Origin: Collinsella sp. | GTDB lineage: Bacteria > Actinomycetota > Coriobacteriia > Coriobacteriales > Coriobacteriaceae | Length of the DNA: 64,000 bases | Direction: 5' to 3' | Assembly (NCBI GenBank): GCA_048230835.1 | Contig: DBFALE010000009.1 | Span: forward strand, 10,305-74,304 | Part shown: piece by piece, positions 30,093 to 38,763 of the stretch | Numbering within the stretch: the first letter of the stretch is position 1 | Layout: each line of letters starts with the position of its first letter | Notes under the pieces: generated by a model | The model's database searches: none | Told to the model about the DNA's origin: nothing | What the model saw: the letters and a program-made list of their open reading frames with translations, nothing else | Made by a program: the position numbers and the translations under genes

Positions 30093-30226
30093 TCTCGCTA
30101 CGTTTTTGACATCTAGGACATTGCGAATGGAGACGCCTGGTGGATCATCTCACCGGTCGTCTCCATGCCGTTCACGGTGCGCACACAACCGTTCAACCGT
30201 GTTGCGGCAATCAGTTTGAAATAATC

Positions 30227-30270
30227 TTGATGACTGGAAAATCTGCTGGTAATCTATGGAACGTCATAGA
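30227..30270 (+). promoter_or_regulatory. sigma-70 promoter with overlapping palindromic operator
   Basis: TTGATG-17-TAATCT with TG extension; TCTATG-N6-CATAGA at 30253-30270. Confidence 0.55.
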
Positions 30271-30333
30271 ACGTTTGCTTGTGCAAGCGTTGAAGCGAGA
30301 TGCGATGCAGTCTTGAGTTCTTTGGAGGTATCT

Positions 30334-31797
30334 ATGTCAGATACGAAGGCGAAGAAGACAAACAGACGTTTTAAGTTCAAATTACCGCATGTCTATACGA
30401 TCATGTTCTTGCTGATCGTTGTCTTTGCGGTCCTGACTTGGATCGTTCCCTCTGGTCAGTATCAGCGCAAGACGATTTCGACAGCGGCGGGCGAGCGTGA
30501 AGTCGCCGTTGCTGGAACCTATGAACAGGTCGATAAGAACTACACCGATTCCGAGACCGGCGAGACCATCAATCTGGGCCAGGATATCTTCGCGGTTCTG
30601 CAAGCGCCCACCAAGGGTATCCAAGAGGCTGCCGACGTCGTTGCGTTCGTCTTATTGATTGGCGGATCGTTCGCGATCATCACCAAGACCAACGCTTTGA
30701 ATGCCGGCATGAGCCGTGTGATTAAAAAGCTCAAGAACAAGGACATCCTCATCATTCCCATCACGATGACGTTGCTGTCCATTTGCGGCACTACGTTTGG
30801 TATGTCTGAGGAAGCCCTGCCGTTCTATGCCATCTTCATTCCCATCATGATGGGTATCGGTTATGACTCGATGACGGCATTCATCATCTGCTTCCTTGGT
30901 CCTAACCTGGGATATTGTGCTTCGACCATCGACCCGTTTAATGTTTTGATCGCCCAAGGCATCATTGGCATCGAGGGTAATCCGCAACTGTGGCTGCGCG
31001 CCGTTTCTTGGGTCATCTTCACTGCCGTCGGTATCGCATGGGCCATGCGCTACGCCATGCGCGTCAAGAAAAACCCCGAGTCGTCCATTGTGTACGAGGA
31101 CGATAAGCTCAAGCGTATTGAGTTTTCCGTGACCGATGCCTCCATCGAGGAAGAGTTCACGATCCGTCAGAAGCTCGTGCTTATCGATTTTGCTTGCGGT
31201 ATGGGCATTATCGTCTGGGGTCTTGTTACCCAGGGCTGGTACATGAATCAGATTTCCGCCGTGTTCCTTGGCATGGGCTTGCTTGCCGGTATCCTGGGCG
31301 GCCTTGACCAGCAGACGATCGCAGAGGAGTTCGTTAAGGGTCTCGCCGACTTTGCGTACGCTGCCGTCGTTATCGGTATCGCGCGCGGTATTCTGGTCAT
31401 CGCCGAGGGCGGCATGATCATCGACACCATCCTCCAGGCGCTCGCTACCGCGCTCGCCGGTGCACCCGCCGCCGTCTACACCACGTTTATGTATGTCGTC
31501 CTTGGCCTGCTCTCTTTGCTGGTTCCCTCGAGTTCTGGCCTGGCGGCGCTCACCATGCCCGTTATGGGCCCCCTGACCGAGCTCATGGGCCTCAATCCCG
31601 AGGCGGCCGTCACCGCGCTCCAGTTTGCCAACCAGACCATCAACACCATCAGCCCCGTGGCGGGTATGACGGTCGCCGGGCTTGCCGTGGCTAAGATTTC
31701 GTTTGGCCAATGGTGGAAGACCATTTGGAAGTTCTTCATCTTCATGGTCGTGTTTGGCTTGGTCATTACTGCCATTTCCGGCATGCTTCCGGCGTAG
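30334..31797 (+). CDS. YfcC family (basic amino acid antiporter-like) transporter
   Basis: LPHVYTI..TWIVPSGQY, GMSEEALPFY, VPSSSGLAALTMP; multi-TM. Confidence 0.88.
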   Translation: MSDTKAKKTNRRFKFKLPHVYTIMFLLIVVFAVLTWIVPSGQYQRKTISTAAGEREVAVAGTYEQVDKNYTDSETGETINLGQDIFAVLQAPTKGIQEAADVVAFVLLIGGSFAIITKTNALNAGMSRVIKKLKNKDILIIPITMTLLSICGTTFGMSEEALPFYAIFIPIMMGIGYDSMTAFIICFLGPNLGYCASTIDPFNVLIAQGIIGIEGNPQLWLRAVSWVIFTAVGIAWAMRYAMRVKKNPESSIVYEDDKLKRIEFSVTDASIEEEFTIRQKLVLIDFACGMGIIVWGLVTQGWYMNQISAVFLGMGLLAGILGGLDQQTIAEEFVKGLADFAYAAVVIGIARGILVIAEGGMIIDTILQALATALAGAPAAVYTTFMYVVLGLLSLLVPSSSGLAALTMPVMGPLTELMGLNPEAAVTALQFANQTINTISPVAGMTVAGLAVAKISFGQWWKTIWKFFIFMVVFGLVITAISGMLPA

Positions 31798-31806
31798 GTG
31801 GTTGTG

Positions 31807-33390
31807 ATGTCTGATCGTTTGACGGTCCTGACGTCTAAGAGCGTCTTTACCGGTACGGGGGACCTGCCGTTTGAAGGTTTCGTAGCGGTCCGTGGCAATC
31901 GAATTGAGGCTGTTGGCACCAAGTGTGAGCTAGCTTCGTATTTGACCCAGGCGGACGAGGTAGTTGACCTGGGCGACCGCACCGTCATGCCTGGCCTGAT
32001 CGATGTGCATACCTTCTATACAGGCTGGGCGCTGCGGACGTTGGGGCCTGATCTGTCCGGCATCGCTGATGCCAAAGAGGCCGTGTCGCTCTTGCGTGCA
32101 TGGAAAGAAGATCGTCCGGATTGCGCGGCGGCTTTTGGCCACAACCTACCCGGAACGTTGGCATCGGATGCCGAGAACGCAAATACAGCAGCTGTGTTTG
32201 ACGAGTGTTTTGGCGATATCCCCGTCGTCTGCTTTACACCGGGCGCGGATACCTGTGTTCTCAATGCTGCCGCCAGTGCGCGATACGGCTTCACACCCCA
32301 GGCGTGCTATGCCGAGAAGATCTGGCGCATGATGAGCGATTTCCTCGCGCTGCCCGAGGTGCGTGCAGGGTATTCGGACTACATGAGCATGCTTAACGAA
32401 CGCGGCGTTACCGCCATCAAGGAGATGGCGTTTGATGACTACTACGGCTTTGCCGACGAAATGGCTCGCCGTGAGGAATCTGGTGAGCTGACGGTTCGCG
32501 TCTCTATGATGTCGCAGCCGGTGGGTGCCGGTGCAAATCTTGCATATGCCCGCGAGGCACGAGAGCGCTTCCGGGGACCGTTCGTTCGTTTTTCTGGCTT
32601 CAACCGTATGACCGATCGCGGCGTATGGGCGGGGCTTGCCGAGATGATAGAACCCTATGAGGACTCGGCCGATGCGGGCGCTGCCGGCAAGACGGTCGTC
32701 GAGGAGCCAGAGTGGGATCTGATTGAGAACGAGCTGCGTGCAATTGATGCTGACGGATTCCGATATTCCTTGCATTGCCAGGGCGATGGCGCCGTTCGTC
32801 GCACCGTGGCGCTCTATGCCTCGCTGCCTCGAGACGAGCATGGACGGATGCTTCGCCGCCATGCGATTACCGATCTCGAGAACTCTGACCCGACCGATCT
32901 TGTCGAGTTTGGCAAGTTAGGTGGAATTTGCGAGGTCTATCCGCAGATTCTGACGCTGGACCGACGCGAGGATTGCCTGTCGATGATGCGTCGACAAATT
33001 GGCGAGACGCGACTTTTGCACAGCTGGAATCGCCGCGGCATGGAAGATTCCGGATGCACAGTGTGCTGTGGAACGGATTTGCCGCTGCTGATTCCGAGCC
33101 TGGGCGAGTCAATCTACAGCGCGTGCGGCGGATTTTTCGCCGACGGACTGCCTGTGAATGAGGTCAACACGCTGACGCTTGTCGAGCTCTTGCGCGCTTG
33201 GACTGCCGGGGGCGCGTACGATCTGATGCGCGAAGACGAGCTGGGTACGCTCGAGGTCGGCAAGCTTGCCGATATCTGCGTGCTCGATCGGGATGTGTTT
33301 GACCTCGATTATCGCGACGCACGCGATCTTGCGGTTGATATGACGATGTCGGACGGACAAATCGTGTTCGATCGAAATAAGGAGGCATAA
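31807..33390 (+). CDS. amidohydrolase family 3 (YtcJ-like)
   Basis: PGLIDVHTF, HCQGDGAV, GTDLP, GTLEVGKLAD. Confidence 0.88.
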   Translation: MSDRLTVLTSKSVFTGTGDLPFEGFVAVRGNRIEAVGTKCELASYLTQADEVVDLGDRTVMPGLIDVHTFYTGWALRTLGPDLSGIADAKEAVSLLRAWKEDRPDCAAAFGHNLPGTLASDAENANTAAVFDECFGDIPVVCFTPGADTCVLNAAASARYGFTPQACYAEKIWRMMSDFLALPEVRAGYSDYMSMLNERGVTAIKEMAFDDYYGFADEMARREESGELTVRVSMMSQPVGAGANLAYAREARERFRGPFVRFSGFNRMTDRGVWAGLAEMIEPYEDSADAGAAGKTVVEEPEWDLIENELRAIDADGFRYSLHCQGDGAVRRTVALYASLPRDEHGRMLRRHAITDLENSDPTDLVEFGKLGGICEVYPQILTLDRREDCLSMMRRQIGETRLLHSWNRRGMEDSGCTVCCGTDLPLLIPSLGESIYSACGGFFADGLPVNEVNTLTLVELLRAWTAGGAYDLMREDELGTLEVGKLADICVLDRDVFDLDYRDARDLAVDMTMSDGQIVFDRNKEA

Positions 33391-33391
33391 G

Positions 33392-34243
33392 ATGTCTGAA
33401 TCCAAACCGACGCTGCGCCGCGAGCAGATTGCGGGCATGAATATCCACTACATCATGTGGTCGCTCGATTACTTCCTTGATGTGCAGCAGCGTTTGGGCT
33501 TTGAGTCCATTGAGCTGTGGTGCGCAGAGCCGCATGTGACGCTCGACCACACGGGCTACTTTGAGGCTGAGGTCCTGGCGAAAAAGGCTGCAGACCGTGG
33601 GCTTAGGTATCGTACTCTGTGCCCCGAGAACGTTGTCTATCCTTGGCAGTACTGCGCACGCAAACCGCTGCATGAACAGCGCAGCCTGGCGTACTTTAAG
33701 CACGGCATTGAGCTTGCCGAGGTACTTGGGTGCGACCGTATGTCCGTCAACTCGGGCTGGGGCGACTGGGACGAGGACCGCGAGGAAGCCTGGAAGCGCA
33801 GCCGCGAGCACTTGTCCATTCTGGCGGAGTATGCCGGCGAGCACGGTCTGGTGCTTACGATGGAAAGCCTGCGTCCCGAGGAGAGCAACCTTGTGACGAC
33901 GGTTTCCGATGCGAAGCGCATGATTGACGAGGTCGCGAGCCCGTACTTACAGCCCATGGTTGATACAACCGCGATGGGCGTTGCTGGCGAGACGCTCGAG
34001 GACTGGTTTGCCACCTTTGGTGATGGGGCAATTCACGAGATGCACTTTATCGACGGTGACCCGTATGGCCATCTGGTGTGGGGCGATGGCAAGCACGATA
34101 TGGACGCCTTCGTTGCCACACTCAACGCCCATGGTTTCGACGGCATGCTGGGCCAGGAGATCACGGACGGTCGTTACTACGATGACCCGGCGGCGGCAGA
34201 TGCCAAGAACATGGCCGCATTCGAGAAATATCTGATTGACTAA
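33392..34243 (+). CDS. frlC: fructoselysine 3-epimerase-like TIM-barrel protein
   Basis: IELWCAEPH, MESLRPEESNLV, HFIDG..HLVWGDG; operon context. Confidence 0.72.
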   Translation: MSESKPTLRREQIAGMNIHYIMWSLDYFLDVQQRLGFESIELWCAEPHVTLDHTGYFEAEVLAKKAADRGLRYRTLCPENVVYPWQYCARKPLHEQRSLAYFKHGIELAEVLGCDRMSVNSGWGDWDEDREEAWKRSREHLSILAEYAGEHGLVLTMESLRPEESNLVTTVSDAKRMIDEVASPYLQPMVDTTAMGVAGETLEDWFATFGDGAIHEMHFIDGDPYGHLVWGDGKHDMDAFVATLNAHGFDGMLGQEITDGRYYDDPAAADAKNMAAFEKYLID

Positions 34244-34304
34244 AACAACTATCGGCCACGCAACCAACGTCATTGATTGCGGCCAAACAAGAAAGGAACT
34301 GGAT

Positions 34305-35273
34305 ATGAACGCACACGATCTGATCAAAGAGGCAATTGCCGAGAAGGGCAAGTTCGACAGCGTCTACTGGATTGCTTGCGGCGGCTCCATGATCGATTTG
34401 ATCCCGGCTCATGAGCTTCTGCAGCGCGAGGCAACCACCTTCACTTCGTATATCTATACGGCTCGCGAGTTCGATATCATGCGTCCGCGTCGTCTGGGCG
34501 AGAAGTCCCTGGTCATCGCTTGTAGCCATAGTGGCAACACTCCCGAGGTCGTCGAGGGCTGTGAGATTGCCCTTGCTGCCGGCGCTACGGTGATCGCCCA
34601 GACCGACAACGCTGGATCTAAGATCGACTCCGGCAAGTGGACCACGTGGGTCTACCCGTGGGGCGAGGGCGTGCCGCAGGCCGAGGTCCCCGCTGGCATT
34701 TCGCTGTCGCTTGCGGCCGAGCTGCTCGATCAGCAGGAGGGCTACGCCGATCTTGCCGATATGTATGCCGGTATCGCCGAGATGGATAAGATTCTTCCCC
34801 CGGCACGTGAGAAGGTAAATGCCGAGCTGGGCGATCGTTTTGCCAAGCTTTGCCAGGAGCACGAGTTCTTCTACATTCTGGGCAGCGGTCCCAACTTTAG
34901 CCAGACCTACGGTTTCGCTATCTGCTCTCTTATGGAGATGCAGTGGCAGCACTGCAGCTACATCCACTCTGCCGAGTACTTCCATGGCCCCTTCGAGGCT
35001 ACTCAGGATGGCGTTTTTTACTTCCTGCAGATGGGCTCCAGCGAGTGCCGTGCCATGGACGAGCGCGCCCTGGCGTTCCTTAAGACGCATACCGATACGC
35101 TGATGGTGCTCGATGCCAAGGAGTACGGTATGGAAGCCGTGCCGGCGAGCGTCCGTGCCTATCTGGACCCGGTGCTGTTCTACGCCATGAACTGCGAGCT
35201 GCGTGCTGCACGCGGCAAGGTGTTTGATCACGATCCCGATTTCCGTCGCTATATGGGTGTTGTCGAGTACTAG
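34305..35273 (+). CDS. frlB: fructoselysine-6-phosphate deglycase (SIS domain)
   Basis: ACGGS, SHSGNTPE, LMEMQW, HSAEYFHGPFE, RRYMGVVEY. Confidence 0.9.
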   Translation: MNAHDLIKEAIAEKGKFDSVYWIACGGSMIDLIPAHELLQREATTFTSYIYTAREFDIMRPRRLGEKSLVIACSHSGNTPEVVEGCEIALAAGATVIAQTDNAGSKIDSGKWTTWVYPWGEGVPQAEVPAGISLSLAAELLDQQEGYADLADMYAGIAEMDKILPPAREKVNAELGDRFAKLCQEHEFFYILGSGPNFSQTYGFAICSLMEMQWQHCSYIHSAEYFHGPFEATQDGVFYFLQMGSSECRAMDERALAFLKTHTDTLMVLDAKEYGMEAVPASVRAYLDPVLFYAMNCELRAARGKVFDHDPDFRRYMGVVEY

Positions 35274-35287
35274 AAGGGGCAAAGGCC

Positions 35288-36151
35288 ATGGCATTTAACG
35301 TTAACGCGCTCGGATTTGGCGACAACGTCGTCGATCGCTACGAGCATATCCACACCATGTATCCTGGCGGCAATGCGGTGAACTTCGCCGTTTATGCCAA
35401 GAAATGCGGTGCCGCACGTTCTGCATACATGGGCATTTTTGGCAATGACGCCGCTGCCGAGCATGTCATTGCAAGCCTCGAGGATGAGGGTATCGAGCTT
35501 GACAAGTGCGAGCAGATGATTGGCGAGAACGGAGCGGCTCGCGTGACCGTCGTTGACGGTGACCGTGTCTTCCTCGGCTCCAACGAGGGCGGTATCCGTG
35601 GCGATGCGCGCTATGTCCTCGATCGCTTTGACCTTTCGTACATGAAGCAGTTCGATGTGGTTCATTCGGGCAACTATTGCTTTACCGAGCGCGAGCTGCC
35701 CAAGCTGAAGGCTGCGGGCGTCACGGTCTCTTTTGACTTTTCGGACGACTCCACCGACGAGTACTACGAGCAGATTGCGCCCTACGTCGATTTCGCTTTC
35801 TTTAGTGCGGCGGATGCCGCGAGTGAGGATGAGATTCGCGAGCGTCTGGCATGGGTGAAGGGCCTGGGTCCGCGTTTTGTGTCGGCTACGGCGGGCGCCG
35901 AGGGCTGCATTGCTTACGACGGCGATCGTTATTACCGCCAGCTGGCTAAACCGGTAACGGACATGAAGGACACCATGGGGGCGGGCGACTCGTTCCTTAC
36001 CTCGTTTTTGATGTGCTATCTCGATTCCGCCAAGCGTGGTGAAGATGGCGCCGAGGCCATCGAGCGCGCGCTCGACTTTGCTGCCGGGTTTGCCTCGACC
36101 GTGTGCGGCATGGAAGGTTCTTGGGGCCACGGAGCACCAATCGTCGAATAG
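35288..36151 (+). CDS. frlD: fructoselysine 6-kinase (PfkB)
   Basis: GDNVVDRY, YPGGNAVNFAV, SFDFSD, DTMGAGDSF. Confidence 0.88.
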   Translation: MAFNVNALGFGDNVVDRYEHIHTMYPGGNAVNFAVYAKKCGAARSAYMGIFGNDAAAEHVIASLEDEGIELDKCEQMIGENGAARVTVVDGDRVFLGSNEGGIRGDARYVLDRFDLSYMKQFDVVHSGNYCFTERELPKLKAAGVTVSFDFSDDSTDEYYEQIAPYVDFAFFSAADAASEDEIRERLAWVKGLGPRFVSATAGAEGCIAYDGDRYYRQLAKPVTDMKDTMGAGDSFLTSFLMCYLDSAKRGEDGAEAIERALDFAAGFASTVCGMEGSWGHGAPIVE

Positions 36152-36192
36152 CCGAGCGGTCCCGGGGAGGTGCAGGCGCCTCCTCGGGACCC

Positions 36193-36425
36193 GGTGTGCA
36201 AAAAATGCCAAATATGAGTACTGTGACTAATTTAGTCGCAGCAAAATCAACCCCTTCAGACGTGATTTGAGCGTCTGGAGGGGTTTAAGATTTGCGAAAA
36301 CGCAGGATGAATGACTGTAAAAGCTTTAATTAGCGGACAATCGAAGATTATTCTGGCGGTTGGAAAGTTAAAAGAAATGTATCCATTCCGGTAGCAGTAC
36401 TCATATTTGGCATTTTTTGCACACC
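36193..36425. mobile_element. MITE-like element with perfect 31-bp terminal inverted repeats
   Basis: GGTGTGCAAAAAATGCCAAATATGAGTACTG (36193-36223) and its exact reverse complement (36395-36425); AT-rich non-coding interior. Confidence 0.7.
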
Positions 36426-36430
36426 AGGGG

Positions 36431-37213
36431 TTAGCGAAGGTCAAAAACAGAGCGCGCATTTGTTAAAACTATCGACTCGATGCGCTTTGCGTTGCAGTTT
36501 TTGAGCGAGGTGATGCGTTCTGAGGTCCTTGTGAGCGACCTGATGAGCGACTGCGTGCTTGTTTCTGTGTTTGGCTCGGCCGGCGCATCGGTCTCGAGCA
36601 GTAGGCGGTCGAGTGGAATCTGTCGTGCGTATTCGCGACCGCGCTTGGTCGCGAGCATGCGTTCGTTGACGGAAAAATAGCAGCCCGCATTACGCGCGCG
36701 GGTGAGTTCGTCCGAAGTGCCGCTAAACCAGTGGAAGATGATAGCGGGGGAGTCGGAGTTTGGGATGAGTAGTCCATGCGATTCGAGGACGTCCAGTACG
36801 GCTCCTGCCGAACGAACGGCGTGAATTGATATCACGCGCCCGGTAAGAGGATGCTGCACGAGCGCATCGCAGAGCCGGTTAAGTGCCTGTATTTGTAGCG
36901 GCTCACTTCCAGCAAAGCGCGCGGAAAAGTCGAGTCCGACTTCGCCGATGTAGCGTTCTTGGGCAGCAACTTCGCAAAGCAGATTGACTTCGGCAAAACC
37001 GCAGTGGCCATCGGCGAGCCACCAGGGGTGAAGCCCAACGCCGGCGATGATGCCCGGGTGGCGACGAGCGCGCTCGTTTGCGGCCGAAAAGTCGCGTGGA
37101 TCGACGCCGCAATCAAATAGACCCAAGCCCAGCGCCGTTGCCTCATCGGCAACGGCGTCCGGGTGGGCCATTAAATCAAGATGGCAGTGTGCATCAAATA
37201 ACCGGGGCTCCAT
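36431..37213 (-). CDS. TatD family hydrolase
   Basis: DAHCHL, GLHPW, GEVGLD, SIHAV, LLETDAP. Confidence 0.92.
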   Translation of the reverse strand: MEPRLFDAHCHLDLMAHPDAVADEATALGLGLFDCGVDPRDFSAANERARRHPGIIAGVGLHPWWLADGHCGFAEVNLLCEVAAQERYIGEVGLDFSARFAGSEPLQIQALNRLCDALVQHPLTGRVISIHAVRSAGAVLDVLESHGLLIPNSDSPAIIFHWFSGTSDELTRARNAGCYFSVNERMLATKRGREYARQIPLDRLLLETDAPAEPNTETSTQSLIRSLTRTSERITSLKNCNAKRIESIVLTNARSVFDLR

Positions 37214-37227
37214 CTCGGTGCGCTCCG

Positions 37228-38025
37228 CTAGTCTAGGCGCTGGCCATCGGCGCGCACGCGCTCGATGCCGCGACCGCTGATCTGGCGGATAACCTCGCCG
37301 GCGATCATCTGACCCATGATGGGCGGCATAAAGCTGGCGGTTCCCAGCTCGGTGCGCTCGTGGATGTTGGAAGGATCGCGGGGCTGTGTCTTAACCGATT
37401 CCTCGCAGCTAAACAGTACATGCAGGCTCTTGATTCCGCGCTTCTTGCATTCTTTGCGCATGATGCGGCTCATGGGGTCACGTACCGTATCGAAAATGTC
37501 GGCAAAGCGGAGGCACTCGGGATGGAGCTTGTTGGCCCCGCCCATGGAGCTAACCAAACGAATGTCGTGGTCCTGAGCATATTTGGCAATGGTGAGCTTG
37601 GCCGAGATGGTGTCGATGGCGTCGACGACGTAGTCGAGCTTGCCGTCCGTCTGCTCCAAAACGCTCGCGAAGAAATCATCGATGTTGTCGCTCAGCAAGT
37701 ATTCGGTGCGCTTGATGACGGTGGCGGCGGGATTGATGTCGTGGATCATGGCCTCCATCACGTCAACCTTGCGCTTGCCGACGGTGCTGTGAAAGGCGAT
37801 GGCCTGGCGATTGATATTGCTGGGCGCGATGATGTCCTTGTCCAGAATGACGAAATGACCGATGCCGCCGCGGGCGAGTGCCTCGCAGCAATTGGAGCCC
37901 ACGCCTCCGCAGCCGAGCACCAGCACCGTAGCATCGGCGAGCTTATCGAGTGCCTCGCGGCCCATGATAATCTCGAGCTTGGTGTCGCGTGTCTCGATGG
38001 CGGCTGCGGCTGTGGTTTCGGTCAT
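37228..38025 (-). CDS. tcdA: tRNA threonylcarbamoyladenosine dehydratase (TcdA/ThiF family)
   Basis: GCGGVGS, SNINRQ, VVDAID, SSMGGANKL; GGAGG RBS. Confidence 0.9.
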   Translation of the reverse strand: MTETTAAAAIETRDTKLEIIMGREALDKLADATVLVLGCGGVGSNCCEALARGGIGHFVILDKDIIAPSNINRQAIAFHSTVGKRKVDVMEAMIHDINPAATVIKRTEYLLSDNIDDFFASVLEQTDGKLDYVVDAIDTISAKLTIAKYAQDHDIRLVSSMGGANKLHPECLRFADIFDTVRDPMSRIMRKECKKRGIKSLHVLFSCEESVKTQPRDPSNIHERTELGTASFMPPIMGQMIAGEVIRQISGRGIERVRADGQRLD

Positions 38026-38110
38026 AGATATCCTCCGATGGGGAGTCGGTCGTGTTTTAGCTATCGCCATTATAGGTATTATTGCGATTCCATTTGAGCC
38101 CTTGGGCTTG

Positions 38111-38139
38111 TTGAAATGGGATCGGGATTCGCATAAGAT
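38111..38139 (+). promoter_or_regulatory. sigma-70 promoter for putative antisense RNA
   Basis: TTGAAA-17-TAAGAT. Confidence 0.65.
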
Positions 38140-38145
38140 TGAAGC

Positions 38146-38241
38146 AGATGGCACCCGTTGCAGCGGGTTGGCCAACTCCGAAACACGTTTATGGCGTGAG
38201 AAGTGGCCGTCTTCGCATTACGCGGGGGCGGCTATTTCATT
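38146..38241 (+). ncRNA. putative type I antitoxin RNA
   Basis: Between the promoter above and a G:U-containing terminator hairpin (38204-38241); antisense to the toxin stop and 3' UTR. Confidence 0.55.
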
Positions 38242-38318
38242 CGACCTCCAATGTGGATGCCGAGCTCCACAGCCGCGATTACAAGCAATAACAACGTCAG
38301 GACATCGTCAATACTCAT
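38232..38318 (-). CDS. 28-aa hydrophobic peptide, putative type I (holin-like) toxin MSIDDVLTLLLLVIAAVELGIHIGGRMK
   Basis: AGAAGGAG RBS 7 nt upstream; one TM helix with basic C-terminus; not in the ORF track. Confidence 0.72.
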   Translation of the reverse strand: MSIDDVLTLLLLVIAAVELGIHIGGRMK

Positions 38319-38369
38319 AGTCCATCTCCTTCTCGGGTAGAGGGAGCTGGCCCATCTGCTTCAACTTCC

Positions 38370-38398
38370 ATTGTAGCTAAATACGAACGAATGTTCTA
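38370..38398 (-). promoter_or_regulatory. toxin promoter (-10 TACAAT) overlapped by a LexA box
   Basis: CGAAC-GAAT-GTTCT at 38384-38397; minus-strand TACAAT at 38370-38375. Confidence 0.7.
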
Positions 38399-38420
38399 TA
38401 GATACTGCTGTATTAGATAA

Positions 38421-38450
38421 TTAGACAAACATCTAAACATCGAGTATAGT
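38421..38450 (+). promoter_or_regulatory. sdpR promoter with autorepressor palindrome
   Basis: TAGACA-17-TATAGT; TTAGA-N6-TCTAA at 38421-38436. Confidence 0.65.
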
Positions 38451-38484
38451 GTGCGCGTCATGAGAGATGATGAAAGGGGGTCTT

Positions 38485-38763
38485 ATGCCGGGAGAGGGTT
38501 TTAAGGCGCTTGCCGATCCAACGCGACGGCGCATTTTGGAGTTGCTGCGCGAGGGCAATTGCACGGCGGGGGAGCTTGCCGAGCATTTCGATATCAGTAA
38601 GCCGTCGCTGAGCCATCACTTGGCGACGCTCAAAAACGCCGGGTTGGTAACCGACGAACGTCATGGTCAAAACATCGTATACAGCTTAAACACCACCGTC
38701 ATGCAGGACTTGATCGGTTGGTTTATGGGCTTTACAAACACGGAAGGTGATAAGGATGAATAA
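38485..38763 (+). CDS. sdpR: SdpR-like ArsR autorepressor
   Basis: FKALADPTRRRIL, SKPSLSHHL, YSLNTTVMQD. Confidence 0.88.
   Translation: MPGEGFKALADPTRRRILELLREGNCTAGELAEHFDISKPSLSHHLATLKNAGLVTDERHGQNIVYSLNTTVMQDLIGWFMGFTNTEGDKDE

Noticed and set aside
38026..38175. N-terminal extension of tcdA to 38175
   Set aside because: The GGAGG RBS supports the start at 38025; the upstream sequence belongs to the candidate TA locus.
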